Shown: positions 19,638 to 31,009, numbered from the stretch's first letter. The stretch: DNA of 64,000 nucleotides from Deltaproteobacteria bacterium (GCA_016234405.1 JACRCC010000032.1:4360-68359); one strand, 5' to 3'. A program made the numbers and translations. Notes: generated by a model from the letters alone, not told the origin.

Positions 19638-20219
19638 ATGATGAGACGAAACGATTCCCCGTTTATGGCTTACAAGGACAAGTTGGGGCGGAGCGTTAGG
19701 GCATCGGGGAATAATCCCAAAAACGTCCTCAATACCGCAGTCAAGCTGCTTTCCATTAGGCAGCACTCGGTCAAGGAACTGGGCGCAAAGCTCGCCTTAA
19801 AGGGTTTCGACGCCGCGGAGATCGAAAAGACCGTTGCATATCTCCTCGACGCCAACTATCTTGACGACGCCAAGTATGCCGCCGCCCTTACCGGCGCGCG
19901 GGCGATACACAAACACTGGGGGCCCGCAAAAATAAGGGCTGAACTCTCGGCAAAGGGCGTGTCGCCGGAGATAATAAAAACGGCGGTCAGCGGACAATTC
20001 GGCGGCGCTGGCGCTGGGGAGGCAGACGCGGGGGAGATACCCCCCTTCGCGCGCGCCGCGCTTGAGAAGTGGCTCAAGAAAAAAGCCTTGAACCTTCCAC
20101 TCGACAAAAAAAATCTCGCAAGGGCGATTAGATTCCTCATTAGCCGCGGTTTTTCGACGGCTGCGGCAATGACAGCCGCAGGGGGGCGGATATCCTCATA
20201 CATTTCTGACGGCGAGTAA
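19638..20219 (+). CDS. recX: Recombination regulator RecX
   Basis: Three-helix repeat architecture 'AL.LL..R..S..EL..KL..KG' typical of RecX. Confidence 0.75.
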   Translation: MMRRNDSPFMAYKDKLGRSVRASGNNPKNVLNTAVKLLSIRQHSVKELGAKLALKGFDAAEIEKTVAYLLDANYLDDAKYAAALTGARAIHKHWGPAKIRAELSAKGVSPEIIKTAVSGQFGGAGAGEADAGEIPPFARAALEKWLKKKALNLPLDKKNLARAIRFLISRGFSTAAAMTAAGGRISSYISDGE

Positions 20220-20267
20220 ACCCCATCTCATTTTGCCTAAAGACATCCTTGGAAAAAATAAAAAGAA

Positions 20268-22907
20268 ATGGAATCGTCCGAAATCAGAAAAAGGTTCGTT
20301 GAATTCTTCGCAAGGCGCGGCCATGTTATCGTGCCTTCGTCGTCCCTCGTCCCCAAGAATGATCCGACTCTCCTTTTCACCAACGCGGGCATGGTGCAGT
20401 TCAAAGGCGTGTTTCTCAATGAGGAGACCCGTCCGTACAAGCGCGCGGTCTCATGCCAGAGGTGCATGAGGGCCGGAGGCAAACACAACGACCTTGAAAA
20501 CGTCGGGAAAACCGCGCGCCACCACACGTTCTTCGAGATGCTCGGCAATTTTTCGTTCGGCGATTATTTCAAAGAAGCCGCCGTAGAATACGCATGGGAG
20601 TTTCTCACCGTCGAGATGGGTCTGCCCAAAGACAAACTCTGGGTTACGGTCTTCGAGACCGACGCTGAGGCTGAGGCCTTCTGGAAGAAAAAAACCGGAC
20701 TGCCGGACGAGAGAATCATCAGGATGGGCGTCAAGGATAACTTCTGGTCAATGGGAGACACCGGCCCATGCGGGCCGTGTTCGGAAATATTATTCGACCA
20801 AGGGGCAGAGGCCGGATGCGGCAAACCCGAATGCGCCGTAGGTTGCGACTGCGACAGATACCTTGAGATATGGAACCTTGTGTTCATGCAGTATGACAGG
20901 GACGTTGATGGGACGCTCAAACCCCTGCCCAGCCCCTGCATTGACACGGGCATGGGTCTTGAGCGGCTTGCCTGCGTCATGCAGGGCAAAAAGTCCAACT
21001 ACGACACCGACCTCTTCCAACCGCTGACGGAGTGCATATCTAAAATCTCAGGCGTTAGATACGGCGCCCACGCCGGAAGCGACGTGTCCATGCGGGCAAT
21101 CGCGGACCACGCGCGCGCCGTTACTTTTCTGATAAGCGAAGGCGCGCTGCCGGGTAACGTCGGCAGGAACTATGTTCTGCGCAGGATTATCCGGCGCGCT
21201 GCGCGGCACGGGAGGTTTTTGGGCATTAAGGAGCCTTTCCTGTGGAAGGTGAACCTGTTGGTTGTCGAGCTTATGGAGGGCATTTACCCGGAGATGAAGG
21301 ATAGCATCGGCGTTATCTCCCGCGCAACAAAGGGCGAAGAGGAGCGATTCTTCGAGACGCTTGAACGCGGGCTTTCCATGCTCGACGCGGAGGTAGAGCG
21401 CCTTAAACGCGAAGGCGGCTCGATTATCCCCGGGCCATCGGCCTTCAAGCTCTACGACACCTACGGTTTTCCGGTTGACCTTACCGCCGACATAGTTAAA
21501 AAAGACGGCTTTATCGTAGATGAGGACGGTTTCACGAAGGCCATGGGCGAACAGAGACAAAGGGCGCGGGCAGCGTGGAAGGGAGCGGCATCCGGCGATA
21601 AAGTCGAGCTTTACAAAAACATCCATGACTCGGGCGTCAGGTCCGAATTCATCGGTTATCAGATGGAGTCGTCGTCATCAAGGGCGCTTTGCATCATAAA
21701 AGGCAACGACACCGTTGACAGGGCAAACGCCGGCGACGAGGTCGAGATAATAACCGAGGAAACGTCTTTTTACGGAGAATCAGGCGGCCAAACCGGGGAC
21801 AACGGCCAGATGACCAATGCCGGGGGCGCGAAGGTGGATGTCATTGACACGAAAAAGCCCCTTGCCGATCTCATCGTGCATCATTGCAAGATTACCGCAG
21901 GCTCCGTAACAATTGACGATACGTTGGAGCTGCGCCCGGATATACTTATGAGGCGCGCGGCGGCCCGCAACCACACGGCCACTCACATCCTGCACGCGGC
22001 CCTGCGCACGCTTGTCGGCAGCCACGTAAAGCAAGCCGGTTCGCTCGTCTCACATAAGGGTCTCAGATTCGACTTCAACCACTTCGAACCGCTCAGCAAT
22101 GAAACCCTCAGAAAAATAGAAGACGCTGCCAACGAGGCGATACTCGACAATATTGAGGTCATGACCGACGTGCTGCCTTACAAAGAAGCGGTCTCAAGGG
22201 GGGCGCTCGCTTTTTTCGGCGACAAATACGGGGAACTTGTGCGTATGGTCAGCGTAGCAGGCGTAAGCGCGGAACTTTGCGGCGGCACGCACGTAACACG
22301 CACGGGCGACATCGGTCTTATAAAGATAATCTCCGAGACCTCTGTCGCGTCAGGCGTGAGGAGGATAGAGGCAATGACGGGCGCATCGGCCTTCGACATG
22401 TTACGCGCATCCGATGATATTCTCAAAGAGGCCGCGCATATCCTCAAGTCCCCCAAAACGGAAGCGCCGGAAAAAATAAAAAAACTCCTCGAAGACTGGA
22501 AGGCCGCACTTCGAGAAGTGGAGCGGCTCAATGGTAAGGGCAAGGCCGGCGACGCCGAAGGGTTGCTCTCGTCCGTCAACAAAATAAAGGGCGTAAAGAC
22601 CATCGTCGCAAAGGTTTCAACCGGCGATGCAAAAGAGATGCGCGGGATGGCGGATGTTTTAAGGGGCAAACTCGGAAGCGGCGTGGTTGTGCTCGCGGGC
22701 GCGCATGAGGATAAGGCGTTCATACTTGCCGCCGTGACAAAAGACCTTACGGGGCGCATACCTGCAGGCGATATTATAAAGAGGCTTGCCCCTGTCATCG
22801 GCGGAAAGGGCGGAGGCAGAGCCGACCTCGCTCAGGCCGGCGGCGAGGCATCGAAAATCGGCGACGCGATAAAGGCGGCGCACAAAACGATCGAAGAGAT
22901 GCTGTAA
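20268..22907 (+). CDS. alaS: Alanine--tRNA ligase
   Basis: Class II catalytic core, editing domain 'HTATHILH' and 'CGGTHV', C-Ala domain. Confidence 0.95.
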   Translation: MESSEIRKRFVEFFARRGHVIVPSSSLVPKNDPTLLFTNAGMVQFKGVFLNEETRPYKRAVSCQRCMRAGGKHNDLENVGKTARHHTFFEMLGNFSFGDYFKEAAVEYAWEFLTVEMGLPKDKLWVTVFETDAEAEAFWKKKTGLPDERIIRMGVKDNFWSMGDTGPCGPCSEILFDQGAEAGCGKPECAVGCDCDRYLEIWNLVFMQYDRDVDGTLKPLPSPCIDTGMGLERLACVMQGKKSNYDTDLFQPLTECISKISGVRYGAHAGSDVSMRAIADHARAVTFLISEGALPGNVGRNYVLRRIIRRAARHGRFLGIKEPFLWKVNLLVVELMEGIYPEMKDSIGVISRATKGEEERFFETLERGLSMLDAEVERLKREGGSIIPGPSAFKLYDTYGFPVDLTADIVKKDGFIVDEDGFTKAMGEQRQRARAAWKGAASGDKVELYKNIHDSGVRSEFIGYQMESSSSRALCIIKGNDTVDRANAGDEVEIITEETSFYGESGGQTGDNGQMTNAGGAKVDVIDTKKPLADLIVHHCKITAGSVTIDDTLELRPDILMRRAAARNHTATHILHAALRTLVGSHVKQAGSLVSHKGLRFDFNHFEPLSNETLRKIEDAANEAILDNIEVMTDVLPYKEAVSRGALAFFGDKYGELVRMVSVAGVSAELCGGTHVTRTGDIGLIKIISETSVASGVRRIEAMTGASAFDMLRASDDILKEAAHILKSPKTEAPEKIKKLLEDWKAALREVERLNGKGKAGDAEGLLSSVNKIKGVKTIVAKVSTGDAKEMRGMADVLRGKLGSGVVVLAGAHEDKAFILAAVTKDLTGRIPAGDIIKRLAPVIGGKGGGRADLAQAGGEASKIGDAIKAAHKTIEEML

Positions 22908-22949
22908 CGGCCGTAATGAGGCCGTGACCGTGAACCGTGCCCGTGAAAA

Positions 22950-23050
22950 GATTTTCCTCTCGTTCCCAAGCTCCGGCTTGGGAACGATGTTGCGCGGGAA
23001 GCTTAGCTTCCCGATAATTGCGTTACCAAGCGGAGCTTGGTGACGAGAGG
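22950..23050. repeat. Run of three short hairpins with 4-nt loops (gttcccaagcTCCGgcttgggaac; gggaagcTTAgcttccc; ttaccaagcGGAGcttggtga)
   Basis: Similar hairpin trios at 50725-50790. The shared 'aattgcgttaccaag' core recurs inverted at 17218-17245. Confidence 0.6.
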
Positions 23051-23061
23051 CTAAGCAACCC

Positions 23062-23112
23062 GTAGCTCAGGGCTTTAGCCCTGATATAATCAGACCTAAA
23101 GGTCTGAGCTAC
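23062..23112. repeat. Family-A intergenic structured repeat (gtagctcagggctttagccctgata...cagacctaaaggtctgagctac)
   Basis: Nested hairpins. Related copies at 28271-28327 (inverted variant), 28429-28480, 41066-41100 (partial), 56256-56318 and 63188-63276. Confidence 0.8.
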
Positions 23113-23137
23113 AATCCCATTCCCTAAGAGGACGCTT

Positions 23138-23860
23138 TTACTTTTGAGGGGTCAAGAGCAGGTTCAGATACATCTGCGCCATCTTGTCATCCGGTCTTTT
23201 CCGCAGCACCTTCAGCCATTCGGTCTTTGCCTTTTCGTGCCGGCCCATGACGTAGTAAGTGAGTCCGAGTTGTATCCGTGAAGACGGGTGATCGGGGTTG
23301 CGCTCAACCGCCTCTTCAAGCGTCTTTAACGCCTTGCCGTATTCCTTCATGTCGCGGTACGCTGCGCCTAAATGGATACGGATGTCAATGAACTCCGGGC
23401 GCAGGCTCAAAGCCTTCTGATACTCCTCCGCCGCGTCGGCGTAATGACCGAGGTCTTTGTAGATGTTGCCTACCTCGGCGTGCATGTTGGCGAGTTTGCC
23501 CTTAACGAACGGGTCGAGATAGGTCTTCTCTTCTCTCCTCACGTCCCTTGCCTTTTCGTATATGGCGGACGATTTGTCGTACCTGCCCAGTTCGTTATAC
23601 ACGACCGAGAGGTTTAGCGACGACTCGGTGTAGTTGGGGTTTATGCCGAGCGCCTTCTGGAAGGCGGAGATCGCCTCTTCAAAGCGGGATTTTTGATAAT
23701 ACAAAAGGCCGAGCATGTTGTATACGTCGGCGAAGGTCTGCTTCTCCTTCACGACGAATTCAAAACACTGCAGGGCGGTGTCGTACTTTTTTTCCTCGAA
23801 GGACTTTTTGCCGAGTTCGTAGTAATACTGCCAACCCTTTTCGACGGTTTCCTCTCCCAC
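23138..23860 (-). CDS. Tetratricopeptide repeat protein
   Basis: Multiple TPR units (W-LG-Y-A-F-P patterns). Confidence 0.7.
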   Translation of the reverse strand: MGEETVEKGWQYYYELGKKSFEEKKYDTALQCFEFVVKEKQTFADVYNMLGLLYYQKSRFEEAISAFQKALGINPNYTESSLNLSVVYNELGRYDKSSAIYEKARDVRREEKTYLDPFVKGKLANMHAEVGNIYKDLGHYADAAEEYQKALSLRPEFIDIRIHLGAAYRDMKEYGKALKTLEEAVERNPDHPSSRIQLGLTYYVMGRHEKAKTEWLKVLRKRPDDKMAQMYLNLLLTPQK

Positions 23861-23951
23861 GCTTCCTCCTTGAAAAACAGCTGCCGGTTATCCGTTATCG
23901 GTTAAGGGATGTTTCTACTGATAACCGTTCACCGATAACCGTTTTTTACGT

Positions 23952-24761
23952 TCAGATATCCTTCAACCTGCCTCTTGCGTCTCCGGCAAATGGACTTTCG
24001 GGATAATTGGCAACGAGAGCGGTGTATGCCTCTTTTGCGAGCCGCTTTTCCCCGAGATGGCCGTAGGATTCGCCGATGTAGTAAAGCGTCTTGTCGGATA
24101 TGCCGGCGTCCGGATAATTTTTAAGAATGTCGCGCAGCCTCGCAAGGGCACCCTTGTAATTGTCTCCGTTGAAGTAAAAATCCGCGATATAGAACTCCCT
24201 CTCGGCAAGTCTATGTTTTAGAAAAATGGACATCTCCCTCGCCTTGCCTGTGTAGATGGAGCCTTGATATCCGGCAACGAGGTCCTCGAATGCGAAAAGA
24301 GCCTTTTTTGTGGACGTCTGGTCCCTGTCGACGCTCAAAATCTCCTTAAAGTGACTCATCCCCTTTTGAAAAAGCGCGTAACCGGCCATTGGATGGCGCG
24401 GGTGCATCGCCGTGAAGTTGGTGTAATAAGAGGCCGCGTCATCGAATTTGCCCGTTGAATAATAAACGTCTCCGAGCATCAAGAGCGCCTCTACCGCGAG
24501 GGGGTCTAAAGGGTGCTGCTCCATAAGTTCTTTGTAGAGCTTTTCGGCGTCTTCATACTGCTCCGAGACATGTGCGCTGACGGCCTTGCCGTAGAGTTCC
24601 TTAGGCGGTACCCTGCCGTGAACGAGTTCCTCGGTGGTCGAGCAGCCGTAGAGCGCCGCAAAAACCATCGCCGTCAAAAAGACGGCCTTTACGCCGCGCA
24701 GGACATCCCGGATGGTTTTCCCATCCTTATGTTTCAAACTCGACGGAATAATAAAACTCAT
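23952..24761 (-). CDS. bamD: Outer membrane protein assembly factor BamD (TPR lipoprotein)
   Basis: Lipobox 'LYGCS' followed by BamD-type TPRs. Conserved tail 'YPESPFAGDA'. Confidence 0.75.
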   Translation of the reverse strand: MSFIIPSSLKHKDGKTIRDVLRGVKAVFLTAMVFAALYGCSTTEELVHGRVPPKELYGKAVSAHVSEQYEDAEKLYKELMEQHPLDPLAVEALLMLGDVYYSTGKFDDAASYYTNFTAMHPRHPMAGYALFQKGMSHFKEILSVDRDQTSTKKALFAFEDLVAGYQGSIYTGKAREMSIFLKHRLAEREFYIADFYFNGDNYKGALARLRDILKNYPDAGISDKTLYYIGESYGHLGEKRLAKEAYTALVANYPESPFAGDARGRLKDI

Positions 24762-24882
24762 AAGTCCTAACGCCTCAATTGCCGGTTATCGCTTCTCAAC
24801 GCCTCAACTATAACCCGTATTATGTAATCTACCATAATAAAAAAAAGTTTTCAAGCCGCCCAACGCGCGCGCCGCTGTTCCC

Positions 24883-25332
24883 CTATCCGGTATAAGGAGA
24901 ATCAAAAAAGCGTTTTTCTTCCGGGGTGAGAATCTCAGACGTTGTTATCGTCAAAATCCTTGCGCCGCCTTCCGCTCCAATGGTCTTGTGCTCTACGTCA
25001 ATCACCTCATCCGCGATAATGCCCGCTATACGTCCTTCAAACCGGACTATCAGTATCTTAGCGGGGCGCTGGCCTGATGACGGCAGCGAAAATCTCTTGC
25101 GGATGTCAATCAAAGGAACCGAGATGCCCCTTAACTCAACGAAGCCGGCCATACCCTCCATTGCCCGCGGCTTGCGCGCGGGAGGGCTGTAAGGTATTAT
25201 CTCTTTGACCTCGTCAACCGCTATGCAAAACCCCGCGCCTGAGACCTTGAAATGGACGAATTGAAAATCGTAAGGCCTTCCTTTATTTAAAAAAGAGCCG
25301 GGGGGATTATCCTTCGCGCTTTGCTTTGACAC
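24883..25332 (-). CDS. cheW: Chemotaxis coupling protein CheW
   Basis: CheW-like domain 'FCIAVDEVKEII...MEGMAGFVELRGISVPLIDIRKRF'. Confidence 0.8.
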   Translation of the reverse strand: MSKQSAKDNPPGSFLNKGRPYDFQFVHFKVSGAGFCIAVDEVKEIIPYSPPARKPRAMEGMAGFVELRGISVPLIDIRKRFSLPSSGQRPAKILIVRFEGRIAGIIADEVIDVEHKTIGAEGGARILTITTSEILTPEEKRFFDSPYTG

Positions 25333-25354
25333 TTAGGCGGAACTCCTTTTAAAG

Positions 25355-25484
25355 ACGGTTATCGGTTGTCCGTTATCGGTTATCGTTTTAAGAAAAATTA
25401 TTTTTTACCTTCACTGCCCAGCGCCACTTTCCGATACCAGCCTTATTATCCTGCGCGGCCTATGCAACGGAAAGTGGCGCTGGG
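25355..25484. repeat. Composite of a family-D (ggttatcgg) repeat and a family-B palindromic element (cccagcgccactttcc ... ggaaagtggcgctggg)
   Basis: Family-B full copies at 25417-25484, 58253-58323 and 62529-62596. Solo half-sites at 33794-33809 and 41108-41123. Confidence 0.8.
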
Positions 25485-25510
25485 GATAACCGGCAACCGG
25501 TAACTTTTTT

Positions 25511-26089
25511 TTAAAACACCGTCAGATCAACAAGCCGTGCGGCGCTTAAAAGCCGTATAACCCTGTCTCCTGATTTTATCACGCCTTTTACGAACTCCGT
25601 CTCGCACGAGGCGCATTCATTCGGCGCAGGCACCCGGACGTCCGCGAGACGGACGTCCCTTACGCCGGAGAGCCTGTCAACCAAAAAACCGGTCTTCATG
25701 TCGTCAACGAGCGTTATCAAAATCCTTGCGCCGTACTGGCTGGCCGGTGCAGAAACGATACCGAGACGTTCTTTGATATCAACGACGGACACCATCTCTC
25801 CCCTGTGGGAGAATATCCCTTTTATGAACGACGGAGTGCGCGGCACCTCGGTCAGCGCGCGTAATCTAACCGCCTCGACGGCCTCGGTTATGGGAAAAGC
25901 ATACTCGGCGCCGCCGGCAAAAAAAGATAAGACGGTAATCTTTTCCGCAGCTTCACCGCGGTACTCAAGGCTCCCGTCATAATCAGCCTCCGTCGGGGCC
26001 ACGGTGCGCTGTGATGACGGCGCTTTGCCCTGCCCCCCTTGCGCCGCGACGCCCGTCCTTTTTTTCTCCGCCTTAAGCATATCTCTCAC
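25511..26089 (-). CDS. CheW-like domain protein with a roughly 50-aa low-complexity N-terminal extension
   Basis: CheW domain 'YAFPITEAVEAVRL...IKGIFSHRGEMVSVVDIKERLG'. Confidence 0.7.
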   Translation of the reverse strand: MRDMLKAEKKRTGVAAQGGQGKAPSSQRTVAPTEADYDGSLEYRGEAAEKITVLSFFAGGAEYAFPITEAVEAVRLRALTEVPRTPSFIKGIFSHRGEMVSVVDIKERLGIVSAPASQYGARILITLVDDMKTGFLVDRLSGVRDVRLADVRVPAPNECASCETEFVKGVIKSGDRVIRLLSAARLVDLTVF

Positions 26090-28224
26090 GCGGACGCCGC
26101 CGTCCTTCTCTCTCTCAAAGATTCTTCAAGGACCCCCGCCATGTCGAGCACAAGGAGCGTGCCCTTGTCTCCCATGTCCGTTGCCCCGGCGACCCCCGGA
26201 GCCTTTACGATGCGGGGTATGGGTTTGATGACTATCTCTTGTTCCTCGATGAGCCTCTCGACTATCACGCATATCCTGTGCTCTGCCATCCCGGCGACTA
26301 TGCCGTAGCAAACCGACGGGCACGCGCCCAGCGCCGCTTCCGGCGCAGACCTTTTTTGTTTATATGCAGCCTCGGTGACGGAAGCGGCGCTGGGCGCGCC
26401 ATTGACAACGGATACTCCCCTTCTGAAAAAATCGCGGAGGCGGACCTGCGGTGCGCCCTTGTGCTCGGCGGCTGACATATCCGGGGACGCCGCCTCGTCG
26501 AGGAGATTGCCGCCAAGCTCGATTATCTCAACGACCGGATTCATCGGCACGGCGTATCTGACCCCCGCGTCCTCGACGATGAGCGCCTGTACGATGGCGA
26601 GCGTTATGGGTATCGTCAGCATGAACCGCGTGCCCTTGCCCTTTACCGTCTCGATGTCTATGACGCCGCCGAGCCTTGAGATGTTTTCTTTCACCACGTC
26701 CATTCCGACGCCCCTGCCGGAGGTCTCGCTCACCGCGTCGCGCGTGGAAAAACCCGGCATAAAGATAAGCTCAATAGCCTCCCGGCGGGAGAGCCTCTTT
26801 ACGAAGTCCCTCGTAAACGCGCCCGTACGGACGGCCTTTTCCCTGACCGCCTCCTCGTCAATGCCGGCCCCGTCGTCTTTCACCTCCACTACGACGTGAT
26901 TGCCCTTCTGATAAGCCGCGAGCGTCAACGCGCCTTGCGCGTCCTTTCCGAGCGCCTCCCTTACATGAGGCGGTTCGAAGGCATGGTCAACGGCATTTCT
27001 GATTATGTGCATCAGCGGGTCCGCGAGTTCCTCTACGATGAGCTTATCCAATTCGGTCTCGTCTCCGACGGCGGTCATCCTCACGAGTTTGCCCGATTCG
27101 CGCGCGAGCTTTTCAACGAACGGCTCGTATCTGGAAAAGAGATTCCCGATCTTTACCATCCGCACGTCAAGGACGCTGTCCCTGAGTTCTCCGAGTTTTC
27201 TCTCAAGGGTCCTCTCGGCCTTGGAGAGTTCAAGGCCGTAGACGGACAGGGTCTTATCGTTCCTGATGGCCGCGCCGAGCGCTTGGATGTCCCCCTTGAG
27301 TATCCCAAGTTCGCTTATGATGTTCATTATCGCGTCGAGCCTCGTGATGTTGACCCTCACGGTGCTGCTCACGCGTCTCATGGTCATCTGCTCGGCTTCA
27401 AGGACGCCGGCCGGCGGCAACGGATGCTCTATGGATGGCGCGTGCGCCCGCCGTGAAGCCGCTGCGGGGATCGGCTTGGCCGGCGCTCCCTTATTCCAAC
27501 TCGTCCTAAATTCGACAAGCCCCATACCGGTCTTGAAAAGTCCTTTTACGAACCCGACGTCTTTTCTCGTCCCGATGATTATGTCGAAATAAAGCGATTC
27601 ACTCTCAGCCCCGCGGGACGGGAGCGTGGATATGACCTCGGAATTCCTCTTTAACGCGGCTATGACGGCCGCGTAGTCACGCTCGAAATCCGAGATGGGG
27701 AAGACGAACGTCAGGATGAAGATATTTTTCCCGGACACGGCGTTCTCGGAGAACCTGTGGGCCTCGTACCCCGTGAGGAGCGAGAGCAGCTCTTTGTCTA
27801 CCGCTTGAAGCTGCTTAACCGCCCTGACGGATGCGCTCTCCGAGAGCTTTTTAACCGTTGCCTCCAACTCCATTGCGAAACCGGCGCCTCGTTTTGACGA
27901 GATCATCTTAGAGAGCAGTTCATGCGCGCCCATGAGCGAAGAGATCACCTCCGCGCTCAAAGAGACCTGTCCGAGCCTCAAGAGATCAAGGACGTCTTCG
28001 GTCGAGTGCGACAGACGCGCAAGTTCCTTAAAACCCATTATGCCGGCCATGCCCTTGAGCGTATGTGCCGCCCGAAAGACCCCGTTGAGGATATCGGGAT
28101 TGAGATCCTTATCCTCCATGCCCCTTGCAAGTTTCAAAAGCCCAGCGCCCATTGAATTGAGGAGGTCTTCCGCCTCTGCAACGGACTCCTTGAAACGCTC
28201 TGCCTTGTTCTCGACTTTACGCAT
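26086..28224 (-). CDS. cheA: Chemotaxis histidine kinase CheA
   Basis: HPt domain 'AAHTLKGMAGIMGF', dimerisation domain, HATPase_c, C-terminal CheW-like domain. Overlaps the downstream cheW-like gene. Confidence 0.9.
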   Translation of the reverse strand: MRKVENKAERFKESVAEAEDLLNSMGAGLLKLARGMEDKDLNPDILNGVFRAAHTLKGMAGIMGFKELARLSHSTEDVLDLLRLGQVSLSAEVISSLMGAHELLSKMISSKRGAGFAMELEATVKKLSESASVRAVKQLQAVDKELLSLLTGYEAHRFSENAVSGKNIFILTFVFPISDFERDYAAVIAALKRNSEVISTLPSRGAESESLYFDIIIGTRKDVGFVKGLFKTGMGLVEFRTSWNKGAPAKPIPAAASRRAHAPSIEHPLPPAGVLEAEQMTMRRVSSTVRVNITRLDAIMNIISELGILKGDIQALGAAIRNDKTLSVYGLELSKAERTLERKLGELRDSVLDVRMVKIGNLFSRYEPFVEKLARESGKLVRMTAVGDETELDKLIVEELADPLMHIIRNAVDHAFEPPHVREALGKDAQGALTLAAYQKGNHVVVEVKDDGAGIDEEAVREKAVRTGAFTRDFVKRLSRREAIELIFMPGFSTRDAVSETSGRGVGMDVVKENISRLGGVIDIETVKGKGTRFMLTIPITLAIVQALIVEDAGVRYAVPMNPVVEIIELGGNLLDEAASPDMSAAEHKGAPQVRLRDFFRRGVSVVNGAPSAASVTEAAYKQKRSAPEAALGACPSVCYGIVAGMAEHRICVIVERLIEEQEIVIKPIPRIVKAPGVAGATDMGDKGTLLVLDMAGVLEESLRERRTAASA

Positions 28225-28394
28225 GGCGCGGCACCATTATTGGTTTATGACGAGACTTTCCATATACGCAGCTCAGACCCGTAGCGCAGGCCTTTAGGCC
28301 TGCGTTTATCAGGGCTGAAGCCCTGAGTCTCTCTTTTTACCACAACCGCCCGTTTTTGTAAACATTATCGGAATTATGGCGTTTTTGGCGGTAA

Positions 28395-28515
28395 ATAAAA
28401 AAGGGCGGGCAGCGCCGCTTTGCATCATGTAGCTCAGGGCTTTAGCCCTGATAAAAGTCAGACCTAAAGGTCTGAGCTACGCATATGCAAAGCGGCGCTG
28501 CCCGCCCTTTTTCCC
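28395..28515. terminator. Large inverted repeat (aaaagggcgggcagcgccgctttgcat ... atgcaaagcggcgctgcccgccctttt) enclosing a family-A repeat; likely bidirectional terminator downstream of ahcY
   Basis: Roughly 27-bp perfect arms flanked by A and T runs. Confidence 0.45.
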
Positions 28516-28540
28516 GTAATAGAGACTTGTATAAATCCCT

Positions 28541-29833
<1,293 letters not shown>

Positions 29834-29845
29834 TCAAGCGGGCGG

Positions 29846-31009
29846 CTAAATCCCCGCCGCCTTTTTTAAGGCCGCAGCCTTGTCCGTGCGCTCCCACGTG
29901 AAGTCCGCGTCGTTCCTGCCAAAGTGCCCGTAGGCCGCGGTCTTCCTGTATATGGGCCTCAAAAGATTCATGTCCTTTATAAGCTCAGAGGGCTTCATGC
30001 GGAATGTCTCTTTTATGAGTTTCTCGATCCTCTCGACTGGAATGACCTCGGTGCCGAACGTGTCAACCATCACGGAAACAGGGTCTGCAACGCCGATGGC
30101 ATAGGCCAACTGCAACTCGCACTCCCTTGCAAGCCCGGCTGCCACGATATTCTTGGCGATGTATCTGGCGAGATACGACGCGGAGCGGTCAACCTTTGAA
30201 GGGTCTTTACCGGAAAACGCCCCGCCGCCGTGGCTGCCGTGGCCGCCGTAGGTGTCAACGATTATCTTCCTTCCCGTGAGTCCGCAGTCGCCGTGCGGGC
30301 CGCCCACGACGAACCTGCCGGTCGGGTTTATGTGATACTTGGTCTTGGATGAGAGCAATTTCGCGGGCACGACCTTTTTAATCACCTCTTCTATCACGGC
30401 CTCTTTGAGAGTCTTGTGTTTAACGTCAGGCGAGTGCTGGGTCGAGACGACGACCGTATCCACCGCCACAGGCCTGTCGTTTATGTATTTAATCGTCACC
30501 TGACTCTTTCCGTCCGGGCGCAGGAAATCAAGCTTCCCCTTTTTTCTGGTCTCCGTGAGTTTCATGGTTATCTTGTGGGCAAGCGCTATGGGCATGGGCA
30601 TAAGCTCTGGCGTGTGGTCGCACGCATATCCGAACATAAGCCCCTGGTCTCCCGCGCCCTGTTCCTTGGCGGACGAACTGTTTACGCCCATGGCGATGTC
30701 AGGAGACTGCCTGTCGAGGGCGACCATCACCGCGCATGTGCGGCAGTCAAACCCCATATCGGAGTCCGTGTAACCGATGTCCTTGATGACGCCCCTTACG
30801 ATGTCCTGATAATTTACCTGAGCCGTCGTCGTTATCTCTCCCGCGATAAGGGCAAGGCCAGTGGTAACAAGCGTCTCGCACGCGACCCTGCTCTTGGGGT
30901 CCTGCGCGAGCACCGCGTCGAGCACCGCGTCGGAGACCTGATCCGCGATCTTATCCGGATGACCTTCAGTGACGGATTCCGACGTGAAAAGGAATTCTCT
31001 TTGACTCAT
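29846..31009 (-). CDS. metK: S-adenosylmethionine synthase
   Basis: '[13 protein letters not shown]', 'GGGAFSGKD' motifs. Confidence 0.95.
   Translation of the reverse strand: MSQREFLFTSESVTEGHPDKIADQVSDAVLDAVLAQDPKSRVACETLVTTGLALIAGEITTTAQVNYQDIVRGVIKDIGYTDSDMGFDCRTCAVMVALDRQSPDIAMGVNSSSAKEQGAGDQGLMFGYACDHTPELMPMPIALAHKITMKLTETRKKGKLDFLRPDGKSQVTIKYINDRPVAVDTVVVSTQHSPDVKHKTLKEAVIEEVIKKVVPAKLLSSKTKYHINPTGRFVVGGPHGDCGLTGRKIIVDTYGGHGSHGGGAFSGKDPSKVDRSASYLARYIAKNIVAAGLARECELQLAYAIGVADPVSVMVDTFGTEVIPVERIEKLIKETFRMKPSELIKDMNLLRPIYRKTAAYGHFGRNDADFTWERTDKAAALKKAAGI

Noticed and set aside
23062-23112. 'gtagctcagg…' resembling the 5' half of a tRNA (D-arm GTAGCTCAG)
   Set aside because: Only about 51 nt. 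No acceptor stem, anticodon arm or T-arm (GTTCGAATC) consensus. The sequence is a multi-copy palindromic repeat found at six or more loci.
24692-24761. Shorter BamD starting at 'VKAVFLTAMVFAALYGCS'
   Set aside because: The corresponding codon is GTA, not a start codon. The ATG at 24761 is retained despite the long n-region.
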